A DNA stretch of 64,000 nt, taken from contig NMRA01000373.1 of NCBI GenBank assembly GCA_002633005.1, positions 62,001 to 126,000 of the forward strand. Reading direction: 5' to 3'. The first letter of the stretch is position 1. The number at the start of each line of letters is the position of its first letter. Origin of the DNA: Phoronis australis. Taxonomy: Eukaryota; Animalia; Phoronida. The position numbers and the translations under genes were made by a program. Shown here piece by piece: positions 40,401-55,400 of the stretch. The notes under the pieces were generated by a model. That model saw only the letters and a program-made list of their open reading frames with translations. It was not told the DNA's origin and made no database searches.

Positions 40401-43400
40401 GAAGTTAACTAAGAGCTTGTCACTTGCATCGTGGGTAGTAATATACTGCCTGACGTGTTGCGTCACCAGAGACTGTGATCAGCAAGAAGAATCGTGGGTA
40501 GAAGACATTGTCTGCAAGCGGTTGCGTCACCAGAGACTGTGACCAGCAAGTACACTGTCGCTAAGCAATGTGTGTAGTTCGGAGATTCACCAACAGGACT
40601 GTCGTCGAACAAGGGGAGAGTAATACGGCTTGGATAATAGATAAGACATTTGATTATTTTTGTTGATTGATTGAAGTAATCTTTAAAGAGTGCGCTAGCG
40701 TAGTTACTCTTCTTTGTAGTTGATTGCATAATTAACAAAAGGTTTCACCTGTATAATTAGTGGTTGTCATAAAATATATTAATTACTGGATTTAATCATT
40801 CTCTCTCCATCTACCCTCAATCTCAAAGCATAGCTACCTTTTAAACAAGCCCACAGTCAATCTCTGACAGGACAATTTTAACATGGTGAAGGTTCTTAAC
40901 CTACGCAAATAACCGTTCGACATAAACTTGAGGGTATGCAAAAACATTATTTTGTTCAAAATGGCAACCCGTGAGAATGCTCCGTCACGATTTTAACATT
41001 TCATTATAGCGGTTAAATCGAACTAATTTGTTTTGGAGCTTAGTACCTGGCAAGACAACAGAAATTTTGATCACTCTTGCAGGAGTCTTGGCTACTGTAA
41101 AATCTTTCCACAGTGTGGCTTGCTCCAGGCAGCTCGTAGTAAGGTTGATACCCCTGCCAGGCGGAAAACACAGACAATTCGTCTCCCAGATTCCATCAAA
41201 CCTGCAAATAAAACGAAGATTTTCATACAATAGTACAAGTTCATTATACGTCACTAGCCAGCTGCATTCGACAGTGTTTAACAACTTAACATTCTGTCAG
41301 AGACGCTTCAGGATGCACCGACAGGTCTAAAGGAGCCACGTGCTCGTAATCCAGCAATTATGTTGTAAACAGCGTACCTGACGCTAACCAATTTTTAAAA
41401 ATATTATTTGCAATCGACTTTAAACAAATGTTGTGAAACGGATGTGTTTTGTATGAAATACTTTCACCAAAAATGGAGAGAAACGGTCCATTTTCAGAGA
41501 AATTACTCTTAACTTTCACTGATTGATTCCTTTGTGTGACTGTAATTTCTGACCAGATTACCCACACTGTTGTGAACCAACACAAACGGCGTGCTGGACA
41601 AGTTTAATCGAGCGTGATTCAAGATTAGATCGTGATAGTGGAAATTTTCCACTTCAGGAAAATGGTACATAATGACAGATCAGTTACATTGAATTTTATC
41701 GAATTTGCCGGGCTATACATATCTGTTCTCAATTGTAGTTACTGCCGTGAAACTTAGAACAAATATTTCCGCATTTTGTGTTGTGTTGTTTTTTAGACAC
41801 ATTTATCTTCATGGTGCAAAAACATTACAAATCAAAAGTTTTGGTACTTAAATTTTTATGCGAAGGATGTTTGAATGACACGCCAGTTGACACTGACGCT
41901 GCAGGAATCGTTGACAAACCTCAGTGGAGTGCTCCATCACATTCGTGCGATTGTGACAAATATGAAGATTCGTACAATGGTTAGAATGAATAGCCGCACT
42001 GAAAGTGCAGTGCTCAGCAATGAAAGGCAAATGGTTTAAACTCTGCCGTGTAACTCCGTAGCATGCACCCACCCAGGGGGGCTCGGGGGGCTCGAACGGC
42101 AAAAAGGTCCGCCTCCGAGAAATAAAAAGTCTGAGAAAATGAGATAAAAGTCCACTACATAAGCAGGACCCGCAATTCACAGTGGTGCCCCTGTTTTTTT
42201 TTAGTCCGCCTGCTTTTTTGTTACCTAAAGGTCCACAACGTCGGGTATTCGAGCCCCCGATATTAAAGGCTGGGTGCACGCATGCGTAGTGAAACAGGAC
42301 ATTGCTTTCAGTTTGAGACAGCGGACGTGGGGCAAGGGTATTGGACAGAGATGATTCTTGGTTTGAGCGATGTGTCAGAGTCGCGGGCTGCACTTAAAGT
42401 CAAGAACTCCTTGATGAATGGACAAGGATAAGACAGATTAAAAATTCTGTTGCAACCGATTTCATAAAGGTGGTTGAAACTGAACTTAGCATGACCAGGT
42501 TCTAGTATAGATAATCTGCATTTCACAAAAGCGGTTTTACCTTTAGGCCAGTGGTATAGTAAAACTTGGTTTAACTCCAGTTTAGATCTGGTCTAAGCCT
42601 GTTTTCATTTCACCGACAAGGTCTACATTCCTTAGACCTATTAATCCAGGTTTAACTTTGGACTTGGTCAGACCCAGGTTTAGTACTGTTAAATATGTCA
42701 GGCATTTACGTCACAGTTTCAGAGCGAGAATGGAGTATTTCAATATATTATTTTGACGATGACGCAAGATCAAGCGTAGGACGAGGGCATCCAGGGTTTT
42801 TAAGGGGTGGGGCAAGTCAACAAATTGAAAATTATAGATTTGATATCACTAAAATCAAAGGAAAGGGGGTCCACGCCCCTTAACTCCCTTGGATCCGCCT
42901 ACGCGTAGACCGGTACGTGCTGTATGGTCATTGTCATTCGGATTCCTCAGAATAAGATTGGTCGAACAGGGTGTCATCATGATCGTCGTAAGCGCTACGG
43001 GTTTGACTGAAAACAGCATCTTCTGATTCTTCTGACTGAGTTCTACCTCCACTGGTCCCCGATTTAATGAAGGGGTCCTGCCTCCACCCTTTGGCCGTGA
43101 AAAATAAACACCAAAATGACATGGAAATAAATTTGGGCATTTAGGAAGTTGCGGCTAATAGTGAGCATGTACTCTAATTTGTGTACGTTTATTGGAAACA
43201 GCCATTACATTTTCCCATAAGAAAAGCTTTGAGACCTTTTCCGCAAATGTCTGCACTGATTCTATCAGTGTGTGCCATTGTAGACCTCTATTGTAAAAAT
43301 GGGTTCGCTTTAAAAATTCATAACCCATGATAAACCCTTCTCTTGGGAACTTAAACGGAAAAGGCGCTCTTTCACCCACCCATCTGAGCGACATCCCTCC

Positions 43401-46400
43401 TGTGTAAATCCTGGGATGATGATTGTGCAATTGTTTTAATCTGGTGTAATTAAATTGGATTAATTGACTCGGTAGAGTTTTCTTAGGGCGCGTCCAGTAG
43501 ACTGAAGGCATTCACGAGTGAAGCTGGTGTGATCAGATCACGTACATCACGTGTTTCACTAATAATGCACGGCGATAGCTCGCAAGACTTAAAGGCCAAG
43601 TATGGTGCCAAAATGACCATTCTTACATCTAAAATACATTTATTGATAAAAAACATTTAAATACTGTGTCATAGCATACCCAGTCGTTAATTAAGTAGGC
43701 CTTCGACAATACAGTAGCCCCATCACGAACCCCATTTAGCGCCAAAAAAACTTGAGACGGCGCTTGCACTAATCGAAGTCTATGACATCATCGTTAGTAA
43801 TTACAACGAATTTGGCTTTCACCGTGTATCCAGAGTATTGGAATCAGAGATGACTCGTTTTTTAATTTTGTACAAAATACGTGGAAAATCAAGGAAACAC
43901 ATTAATTTTTCATTTCATGTCAGTTAATATCAAAATTAATCAAAATCACTACCTTTAGAATTTTTATTCAATTATTTAACACACATTCTAATACGGGCCC
44001 CGGGAGTGTGACTGGTGCCGTTGAAACAGCCGGAAAAACAAAACGCTTCGTCTGAATTGTTATCAGCAATTTCCCAATGTTTATTAAAAAGTTTATTTGT
44101 TTGATACAAAAACTTTGATCTCAGTAACTTTCCATTCATGTCTTTTTGAAGCCGAAGGTGTGAACGCTGCGCGATTCCAATACGGACGGCTGTCCAGTGT
44201 GTGTCCCGTATGGGTATAGACGACAACAGGCCATTTAATTTGGTGCAAGATACTTAGAAACGTTAGGCTTACAGCACATATCACCATGATCTTTTCGTAC
44301 AATGCAACTATATTCAAATTCATTGAAAATTGTATATTACAAACTCAATTTTCAAAATAAGTCGCCTTGAAATGCTGCAACCCGTAATCGGTCAAGCTAA
44401 AAAAAAAATATGAAAATTTAATAGCAACACAACATTGTGCGTGTCTGTAATAAATTAAAACTACGAAATAAAGTCTGTATTGCATGAAAACATACCCAGT
44501 CATAAGAATTTGTAATCAATTGAACGTTTTAAATTCAGTATCGGAATTCCGTTAGGCCTACGGGAACGACCCAAATCAGACAGAATATTCCGGATTTGGG
44601 CCGGATTCCCTATACTCTGGGCCGGAACAGTGACACGAAACGTCGAAGTAGTGCAGATTTTTTGTAGCCAACCAGCTAGCTGCTTGAAGGCTATCGCCAA
44701 AATACAGCTAGGTAACACTGTGACTTGAGCTCTGTTAAACCATAGACCATAGACTGTAGTCTATCACGAAATTTTATAGGCCTACCTACAGGCCGGGTAT
44801 GAGTTGTGTTAGTCAACTCGTCGTGAAACTTATATCGCAGAGCCAACGATCGACGACCGGGGTGCATGCAAAATCTGGGAGACAATTCGGACAATCACCT
44901 TGCCCGTTCAGTGCCAGTCGTTTAAGGGAAGAACAATCTAATAAACGTCATTTTCTAGCATTACTCTCGGCCTTTTGAGTTTTCTAACAAAGAAAGTCTG
45001 TTGTCTTTTTGAAACAGTACGCTCGTGACACGCGCATGCGCCGCACTAAAATTTTGCGACTACTTTTGGGACAAACAGCTTCGCAGCAGTAAAGTTTGTT
45101 CTAAACTCGGTTTGTTGGTCTTAAAAATGCTTATAACTTGTAACGAAATGAGACCAGTTGTGACAGTACGCAACCTCGTGGCAGCAAAGAACAGTTGACA
45201 GACGAATAAACCGGGGGAAAAGAAACTATTCAGGTCAGGTGAACGTAATCGCCAAACGCCGACTCCCAAGAGCGCACATCAATTTTAGAAGTAGATGAGC
45301 GGTAGGCCTGGAACGATAATTCTTCCAACACCGGTAAATAATTTGGTTTACTCAAAGAGCGGGGCAGCGTTTAATGACACCATTTCTGCGTCAGATTTTA
45401 TTTAGTCCTTTTTACCCACATCGACGCGAAGCTGTAGATTTTGTAAACAGCTTTGCACCAAGCCTAAATCAGATCTTGCCGATCGGGAAAGTTTGTCGCC
45501 AGGCCTTGTCGTGGATACGGATCTATTCCACCACGGCACACGACGTGATCGGTAGGGAAGTTGTGCAAATGTATCCCATTGCCGCTGACATTGCTACACC
45601 CGCGCACCACGCAAAGAGGCATTTTAGCCCAGAGATCGACAAGTGCAGAACGTCCAAGAAATGGCACTCAGTTACGCAGTGTGGCTCCCCAGTAAATTCG
45701 TGGCCACGATGATGTCATATGAGCCACTTTACACTGATTGGTTGAGATTTTTTCTGGGGCGCTCGAAGGGTCTACGAATCATGAGCGGTGTAATTTGCGT
45801 CGCAATTAATTACTTTCCGTGGTATGTAAGAAGCAAAAACAACATTTTTTATGAACAATACATGCATTTCTGGTGTCAAAAAGATGTTTTAGCCGCTGGA
45901 CACTCTTTAAGGGATCGCGCCTTCCCCGTAAGAAACTTGTTCAACGCCGGAAAGCAGTCTCGATCCAGCAGACTATGCGTGGGTTAAATAATCACAGAAG
46001 TAGAAAACATCAGTAGTCCCCGAGCACGAAAATCAAATATAATGATTGTTTCGGAATTAATTAGTAAATATAATATTCGCAAGTGAAATGCAAAGGTAAC
46101 AATCTGGTTTAGAGCTCGTACGAACACCAGTTTTCGTAGCTGTAGAGAGTGACAATGTTCGGGTGAACTATTGGTTAGATTCTCTCTTGCACATTATGCG
46201 TTCTGCTATGGAGAAATCCTACTAAAGTACGTGTAACAGTCCACGCAAGACTTTGCTTGATGCATGGACCACTGGGCAAATTTCATTTCTATCACATTTG
46301 TTACCGGTAAGATTCGAGTGACTCGACTTGAACTGATCAAAACGGTAATGCAAGCTATTCGTATCGGAGTCTACCCATATACGGAACAAGTGAATGCGCA

Positions 46401-49400
46401 AATTAAGTTAATCGGCTATAACTGAATTTTATCCTGAGATTTTGAATCGAAGAATGGATTTGTTTCCGATATTTCTAGATTATCAATGGCATTGTTTTGC
46501 GTGTCGTAAGCAGATCCGGTTAGAATGTTAGTGTGTAATCGAAGTGTCTGCATTTTCATTTGCGTGTGAAAGCACTGATCATGAGTCAAAATATCACCAA
46601 AACCGAACCTTGAAGAAGCACATCAATCATGAAACGACGATTTTCAGTTTGCTTTAGAATTTGCTTTAGAATCCGATTCTAAGTTGAAAAAGCACACAAA
46701 TTAAAACTATATTAATCTTTTCGGGGCTTTGTGATATCTGTTTGAAAGACATCATTTAATAGCTGGTCTGTAAGAGAATACAAATAAAATCGAACTTAAT
46801 CTCCTATTAGCCGTCGTAGTATTGACTCGCAATCTCCATGTTTGTTCCGCCACTTTCGAACGATCAAAAAGAGCATTGGTGAACGAACCTCCGAATTTAC
46901 GCATGAAGTGGCTTGGAGAAATGATGGGAGTTTTTTCACTGTTTTCATCGGACGTGAACGCACAATTACTATAAAGAGCAATGTCAACTGATAGTGAGTA
47001 GGTAGGCCTACGGATATTACATTGAATTGTCGTGCGTGCAAATTTTACGAGTAACGCACAGTATCACGAACTAAAATTTTCATTTCCTTCATTTTTAAGT
47101 GTTGGCAAAAACATTGATTTACATACACACTTTGTATTGATGCACGAATACACGTCAAGCTGTGAGGAGACGCCCTGTTGCTTTTTTGAGAATGACGAAG
47201 TGAAACCGTGAAACCGTATGCGCAATGAAAGATGTTTTTAGCAGAAGACGGGCAGACAGAAGTATTTTAAAATACCATTGTTTTCATCACGTAACATTTA
47301 AGCGAATTGTCTTATTATAGTGTCACTACTTCAAATTCAAAATGCAGTACTTGAAATCAAGCAAAACAGCATCGATCGAAAGTCATTTGTAGTCAACGTG
47401 CAGAAGGATTGTCGAAAGAGTTTTTAAATTGTAATTTGACAAAAACCCTGAAAGGTCACGCCACTTACATCAAGCTAGCTCACATAATGTTGACAACACG
47501 ATGAATTGGTTGGGGACTCGAATGAATGGTCAATTTTGACCCAAAATGCCTCCAATGTGACATCTTGGACTGGCTTCTTACCCTGGCTGTATGTTTTCTA
47601 AATTATAAGGAGAACTGTTGTTGTGGCGGAGCCATTACATATCTGTGAGCCATCACCAAAATTCTGTGCTACCGCTAGAATTACGCACCCTTTTCCGTAT
47701 CCCATGGTGGAGCATTTCGAGAGGCATGTTCCTGGTGTTACAGTCGAAGGATCCAGCTCGTTCGCGAAGGTCGCTGAACTTACCGCCGACAAGGGATCCT
47801 CTAAGCACGACCCTGTAAAAACAGAGTGGTCAGTCAGTATTGGTCGAAAACGCTTGTGGGTGAAAACGTCAATATTACCTGATTGTCAGCACTAGGATTA
47901 CTTTTGAGTTCTGTCAATTTATGTATTTCACAAACATGAAAATGCACCTGGCCTAATTATTCAGTGAACTAAGTGGTAGAAACAATTCTACGGCAATGCC
48001 TCTACAATCCTGTTAGCCATCCTCTAAATCCCAATCACGGACAGACACCAAAGGAAGAAGGTGGGGGGAATGAAGGTCAAAGAATCAGCGGTACAAATCC
48101 AAACACGCGCTGAAAATGGTTCAGACAACGGTGAAGAAACTCTAGTTCGTTTGCTAACCAGCTGCCAAAATTGCCAACAATACAGCTTCCGAACATTGCA
48201 CTAACTGTAGAAATAGAGTGACCGAAGAAGATTCAAGTGCAAGTAAGAAAAAATCTTCACAAATTAAATTAAAGTTGGCCAGCCCTTCTAAAGTAAGCAG
48301 CTTCCCTTTAATCGCAGACTATTCCTAAATATAAATGCTAGAACCTTGTACCGTACAGAATTCACTAGTTTGACTTTAAATTTTACAGTACCAGAGTGTG
48401 CGTGCGACTGCAAAGCACTCACCTGGGTGAAAGCTTTTGCACACGAAGCTACTCGTGACCTCACAGTCTGAATCCAACCAGCAGCCACGGTGTTTGGAGA
48501 AGGCTACACAGTTCTCAAAGTTCCCTCCGTTTGGCTGATCTGAGCACAGTGCTGATAATACTACAAATAATGGATCATTGCATCGTAAGAAAATTCCTAG
48601 ATACCTATTCAAATTTATTCATTTAAACTGCATTTTCTCCAGGTTAGCTGTGCAAAAATCAAAGCTAACTCTTGCCCACCCACTCCCATTATTTAGAATA
48701 GGTCCTCCATGTAGTTGTTCTAGGGGTTGTCTACTTCATCAGACCTTGACAACCTATAGGGTACTGTGTGCATGCCACCCCGTTAGGGAGACTTTTGCCA
48801 ATGCTACCTCTGTCGCTAAAGAAATCTGGACGCATTTTGAGAACAAGAACAACGTACTGCTGGTTGCTTTGGACAACGAAGAGGCGTCGGACTACTTCTG
48901 TCTCCCACTCTGGGAGGTGGCATGCTATACCATCTGGGATCTCTTGTATCATGTCTGTGCGTTGCAGTGCAAAATGTTCGACGAAAATGCGTTAAGATAG
49001 GGTTTCTGTTAGTTCACACATCACACAAGCATTACCGTTGTCACACGTCTTTTTCAACGCATAGCGACATTTCTCTCGCCAGATTAAACCGCGCGGAATG
49101 TCGGTGACACACTTTTGCAGAAGACATCTTGGTTTCTTCTCATAGTGAATTCTCTCACAGTGTTCTCGACAAGGTACAAGCCACACTTGAAGTAACCTGA
49201 AACTATTGTGTTTCCTGTGGTATGTGTTGCAATGCTGAAAACGCGAACTACTTTTCTGCACACTTGACAATTGTCTTAGTACACATGGACAACAGGATGA
49301 ACATTGCTGTCTCAGGTCTACCTTATCTTCTTGGCATTTAATGTGATCGTCGCGTCGACTTCATATTCTACGTGAACAGGGTGCTGACTCGAGCCAACTC

Positions 49401-52400
49401 ATCTAGAAATGCTTTGAGAGATGCTGCTGGACGCTAAGGGGAGGAGAGGAATCGGGTAATTTTGCTCTAATCCATTATCGATTATGCTATGTCAATGCTG
49501 AACATAAGCCAGAACCACGTCAACTAATAAAAGAGACTATAAAACAAAGGTCCTCGTGTCATCAAAGGATGCATCAAGTCTTCCTTTATCGTACCTCTCA
49601 GTACGTCACGGCTATGCATATCCTTGTGGACGGACAGAGCCGGCATCAGAAGGTCACAATTACAAAAGCAATCGGGAAATCCTCCTAACTCTCTGCACAA
49701 TCAGGTACAAAAATCCCTTGACTGACACCTGCTGCCATTGCTCAAGTGTATGACGTCTGGACCAAGTTGGTTGACTCGTAGCATGCCGTCGTCACATGAT
49801 AAAAGACGGAGCTCGTGGATCTCTGGAGCTGTATGTGCTACTTTTGAATAAATCTTTTTGACGAACACTACATCACTGCAGCTACTTACCGGTTGCCAAT
49901 TGATGAGGTCGACGAACACTCCGCGCTGTCATTATTACACTTAGCAGGCATGCAAAGAAATGTCCTGCCGAGACTGCAGAGACTCATTGTCGCCAACTGC
50001 TTAACAGTCTTGTAAGTGAAGATTCCACTGTGGCTGTGATTGACGACTTTTTCGGAAGACAACTTCTAGCTGGTTGGGATGATCGCATCTGTTCATGAAA
50101 CACCCTTATTGGGGAAGGGTCCGGATGCCAGAGTCGGCGTCCAGGTGAAGGAAAGGGCTGGCTGGTTTGTCAAGTGACACCTGTCTTCTAATTTTATATG
50201 CTTCGTTTAGCAAAGCATTCTTCCCCAACAACGTTACAGAAATTGTAGGCTTATGGTGATATGACAAAATCTTCAATTCGGAGAAACATCTTTGAGATTC
50301 CTGCGAGCCAATACAAGGCTATCCAGAGTGATGAAAAAGCAACAGCTCATAGGAAAAACTAGCCTGATGTCAGGGTGGAAGATTGGGAAGATGGTTAGTG
50401 TTCCACATCATCAATGACCTTGTCAGGTAATTACATGTAATTTCACTTAATTAACAGAATTTGACTCAACGCGCATGGTCGGCATTTAAGCGCCAATAAA
50501 CATACAGTGTATTTCCTACGAACTGGCGAGTGGTAGTTAGAGTAACAGTTTTAATTTGGCGCTGTACCTTTATTGCCTCAGCAAACTTACCTTCAGTGCT
50601 AATCACAATTCCGTCTGTTCCTTGAAAGACACTTTCAATATTCCGATCGTGAATGCCCAACCACAATTGCGCGGCAGTATTCTGAGAAAAGTTAAAACGG
50701 GTAGAAGTGCTTTAAACATGATTGCTGCTGAAAACAACAGCTAGACGTGCAAAAAACTCATGATTTATGCAAGCGAATCCAGGAATCAGAAGTTGATAAA
50801 AATAACAAACACAAATGATGACCTCATCCATAATTTGCTTTAGGAGCTTTATTTTTGGGAGATAACAAAATGTTACAGGATTAACCAATGGGGAAGAAAA
50901 GAATAAGAACGGAGAATTGCACTGGCGGTCTGAAGCCGCCGCGGGGAGTACAAGTGCTACTCACATTAAAAACTACGTCGGCAAACAAATTGGAATGTTC
51001 ACGACTAAAAGCAAGGATGTTAAATTAAGGAAGAAGATGGTGAGAGAAATTGTGTTAAAATCACGTGCTCCCATTGAAAATACATGGCTCTACCTTGCGG
51101 ACATTCTGATTTTCTAGCGAGACACTAGCGTTACTGAACAATCCACAGATACCCATTTAGTAGACGTAAAAGTTCGCGAAAATGCAAAATCACAAAAGTC
51201 TTCGCGAGATATCGTCATGCATTACAAGAAAGCAAGTGATCAAATTAGCTTAATTCGGGAGATTTTTTCTTCAGCAAAACTCAGCCCAGGCCTCATCAGA
51301 CAGCTTCAGTAGGTGAACTAATTCTGCCGAAAAACTCTTGGATGAATATTTTTACCGAGAATTGCTTCTTTGCTTATTTGCGTGTGTACCGGTCTCATTG
51401 CAGATATTCCAAGAAATCAATCAGCCGTTAAAAAGTGCCATCACAAGAAACTTTCAAAGTGCATTTTTTCCAATGTTTCGTCCTAGCACAAAATTCCGTG
51501 AAAATTTCAGACCGAATTAGTATCTAACTTGGAAGCTTCACTGTCTATCAAATGAATAATAGTCTAGTTTTCAGAAAATATCTTCTCGTTAAGGATTACT
51601 AAACTTGAAGAAAGTTGTCGTCTGGTTAACTGTTGACTTACAATAAAATTTCTTTTGAGTTTCTTCTTGCCTAAATATATGATAGCTTCGACGAAGGTAA
51701 TAACATTTTTCTACTGTATATTACCAAAAAGTTGCGCCCTCGTTGTTCCAAACCTACAACTGTTACAGTTTCTTGCAAACCACTACATGCAGATGAGTTG
51801 TAAAACGCTGGAATAATTGCTATGACCATCTTAAGACTTTTAACAGCGAATACCACGGACTCTGTGGCAAAGGACATGACATTTCAAACACATTTCCTTG
51901 ATTGTCTTATTCATTAACTTTCTGAAGGATAATGCAAAAATCAAAGTTTTAATAATTTTAATCAGAAAGGCCGAAGCTGTATTGACGTTACCATGTGATA
52001 AGCAATTACGTAACCTATCCAGCTATTCATTACTTTTTATGGATACCAGCAGCTTGTCACAACTTATTTATTATTTACACAGACGTCATATTCTCGGATA
52101 CGATACGTAGGTCCAGTTAAATAACCTTACAATATAAATATAGATTATTACATGGCGAAGTCAGTATCCCCCGTTATCTAGAGCCCGAGTGGATTTTGGA
52201 GAATTATCGCCCGAGGGTTATAATTCTCCAAAATCCTCGAGGGCTCTAGATAAGGGGGACAACGGCTGAGAACATGTAATAATTTATTTATACCACATAC
52301 TAAACGAGAAACATAGCAATGAATCGATTTACCTTGTCTGACTCTCCACGGCTTTGTAACTACTTTCTATGTCAGAGGCCAGTGGTCGGAGGTCGTGACC

Positions 52401-55400
52401 TTTTAAGAAAAGCCGGGCTATTTTGTCAAATAATGCTTTTACTCAAAACCAATTGAAAACTTAAATATAATAGAAATAAATTGAATTTATAAATTAAGGT
52501 TTACCATCTATTATAGCTTAAATCACGTTTTTTTCACGCTAAGCTTCGACCGGGAAATTATCGTCTGCTAAAGTAGGTTACCACTGGTAACTGAATATAA
52601 TTTTCAAGTCAAAGATCCTGGCGACACGATACCTGCATTCAAACTGTAGATCTGTGATTTACAAGTAAGAGGACATGAGCGAAAATTTTCACTGAATTAA
52701 GATATCATTTTTATGGAAATTATGTGTCTTATTTTTCGTAACGTATAAGTACAGTACAATGCGGTTTGTTGAACGTGCGATTATTGCGCGTGCTCATTTA
52801 AGTATTCTGTTTTCACTCTTGATGACATCAGCCGCTGCATGGTGTAATCAAGGAGTGTACGAGTACACTCCTTGGTGTAGTGGTGAAGTCGGCGACCAGC
52901 AATTCCAGGGTCCCGGGTTCGACTCCGTCCTCGGTTTCCCGCCAAATCGTTATCTCACTAGTGAGAAAGCTTTATGGGTTATTACACGGTTGTATCTGCC
53001 ATTTGTCGCTAATATTGTGGTATAAATAACAATATACTCGTTAATCATAGATTACCTGAAATTATGTTACAATAAAACGAAGGGTGCTATTCTCTTCTTT
53101 TAAATTTCACTTTTAACTAATATCGTGCTTTTGATATCAGTCACGAAAATTAGCAAGTTGTTAAAATATCAACACTCGTATGAAAACGATATATTCTTTC
53201 ATTGAAGGAGGTGTCTGAAAACGCTACAGTACTCTAAAGCTGTGTTTGAAACGTTAAGGACTATAGCATTTACCATTGCAAACAATTTTTGCAATACATA
53301 GCTATTTATTTTCCCCTATGAGAGAATTCCAGGAACAAATCCACAACTTCACGATTTTTGAAATGCGCGAGAAGGAAAAACTGGTCACCACAGGGTGTCT
53401 AATCTCCCTCCCACCTACGATAAATGCGCACAAACGCTTAAAGTCAAGATAGATATATACGGCTGTTTAATGCATCTTGATACTTTTTTGTATTTTGAAA
53501 TATACGAGGCCATTGAACAACTGTCTAATGGCAAAGCTTGGAGTTATGATGGCGTAATTTTTGGAGTGCTGAAGTTAATTAATGCGATTTTTGATTCTGG
53601 GTATTATTCTCAGACTTGGTGTGACGCAATGCTTACTGCAGTGCATAAACAAGGTTATATCAATGACCAAAATAATTAAAGAGGTATCGCCCTGCTGTCT
53701 GCTCTGGGAAAACTTTTTACCCAGGCTTTAAAATAGTCGTCTTTATATCTGGGCTGAAAATAATGATAAATTTTACAAGTCCCAAGCTGGCTTTAGAAAG
53801 GACTACTCTACGAATGACCAAGTGTTTTCAGTTCAAGCTATGTGTCAAAAGTATTTAAGTCTTCAGGATGGCAGATTTTACTGCGCTTTTGAAAGGGATT
53901 CTGTCGAATACCTCGTAATTTACTCTTCTATAGATTGAAAAATATTGATGTCCACGGTAAAATTTTCAGCATACTCCGCTCAATGTATGGTAAATTGGGC
54001 AGTTTCGTGGAAACTCAAGACAGTCTTACAGAGTTCTTTGATTGTACTGTTGGCACTCGCCAGGGTTGCATGATCAGCCCATTATTATTTGCGTCGAGTC
54101 TAAATAAATTTTTGGATCAACTGACAGCGAAGAGTAATATAACATATCTTAGCGAACAAAAACCTAGTGTCAACTCCCTGCACGAAATGTTATTGTGTTT
54201 CCCTACAGCCAACGTACGCTAAATTGTTTGGCAAAATTTTGCGAATCATGGGTATGCAGGTAAACTTGAAGAAAATCAAAGTGATCGTTTTCAGAAAAAA
54301 TGGCGGTCCCCTTGGACGATATGAGAAATGGTTCCACAACGGAACTTTGGTTGATATGGTGTCTCATTACAAATACCTTGTACCGTTTATTACCCCAAAA
54401 GTTTCGTGGACCAAAGCCAATGAAACGTTATCTAGTCAAGCAAATAAACCTGCCTCTGTAATTTGTAGATTAAAGCGAAGATGTCGTGATTTACCTCCGT
54501 CGATAGCCTTTCACCTGTTAGATAAATAGTTTACCACTCTTTTTGTTCTGGTGCTGAGATATGAGACTATAAGGAGTATGAACAATTGGAAAATGTACAC
54601 ATCGAGTTTTGTAAATGTATTATAGGAGTAGGTAGCTGTTTTTCGAACTCGGCAGTTATGGGAGAATGTGGTCGATTCCCATTGGTTTTCTAGATAAAAC
54701 ATCGGTTTAAAATACTGTGAATAGTTAGTAATCGTAGGGTAAAGGCAACATCAGATATACTCGGAAGATCTTCTTATAATTGGGCAAATTTTGTAAGGAG
54801 ACTTCAGTCTGTATATGGTTTTTCAGATGTATGGATTAATCAAGGCGTGGTGAACCAAGCGTATTTCTTATTAACAATTTTTCCAGCGTGTAAGTGTCTG
54901 CTGTTTGCGAGGCTGGCAATCTGATATCGAATTTAACCCCAAACTGTCTCACTATGTGAGCTTCAAAACAACGTATTGTCTAAAGAATTATTTAGAAATA
55001 GTTCATTCGTTACCAGTGGAAAGCGGTCGCCACACAAATATTCCCGATGAAAATAAGTTGTGTAAGTTATCTAATTCGGGATGTGTAGAGGACGAATACC
55101 ACGTTGTGTTAGTTTGCAGTACGTACCAAGAACTTCGGGATCAGTAAGTGGTTGCTTTTGTCATTTTCCCACAGCTAAATTTGAGTCTCTCATGCGAACT
55201 CTGGGTCCTTGTCGCCATGAAGTATAAATATGGTATTGGACATCTATATATTATTCAGTATCGATTGCCAAAGAAGCAAATTAAAACTGATATTAAAGCA
55301 GCCTCATACGCAAGTTAAGAAATGATGTAGCGAGTCCCAAAAACACAGATGCAGTTATAAAACATATATTGAAATGTCTGAACCTCGCCACAACGGTGAC

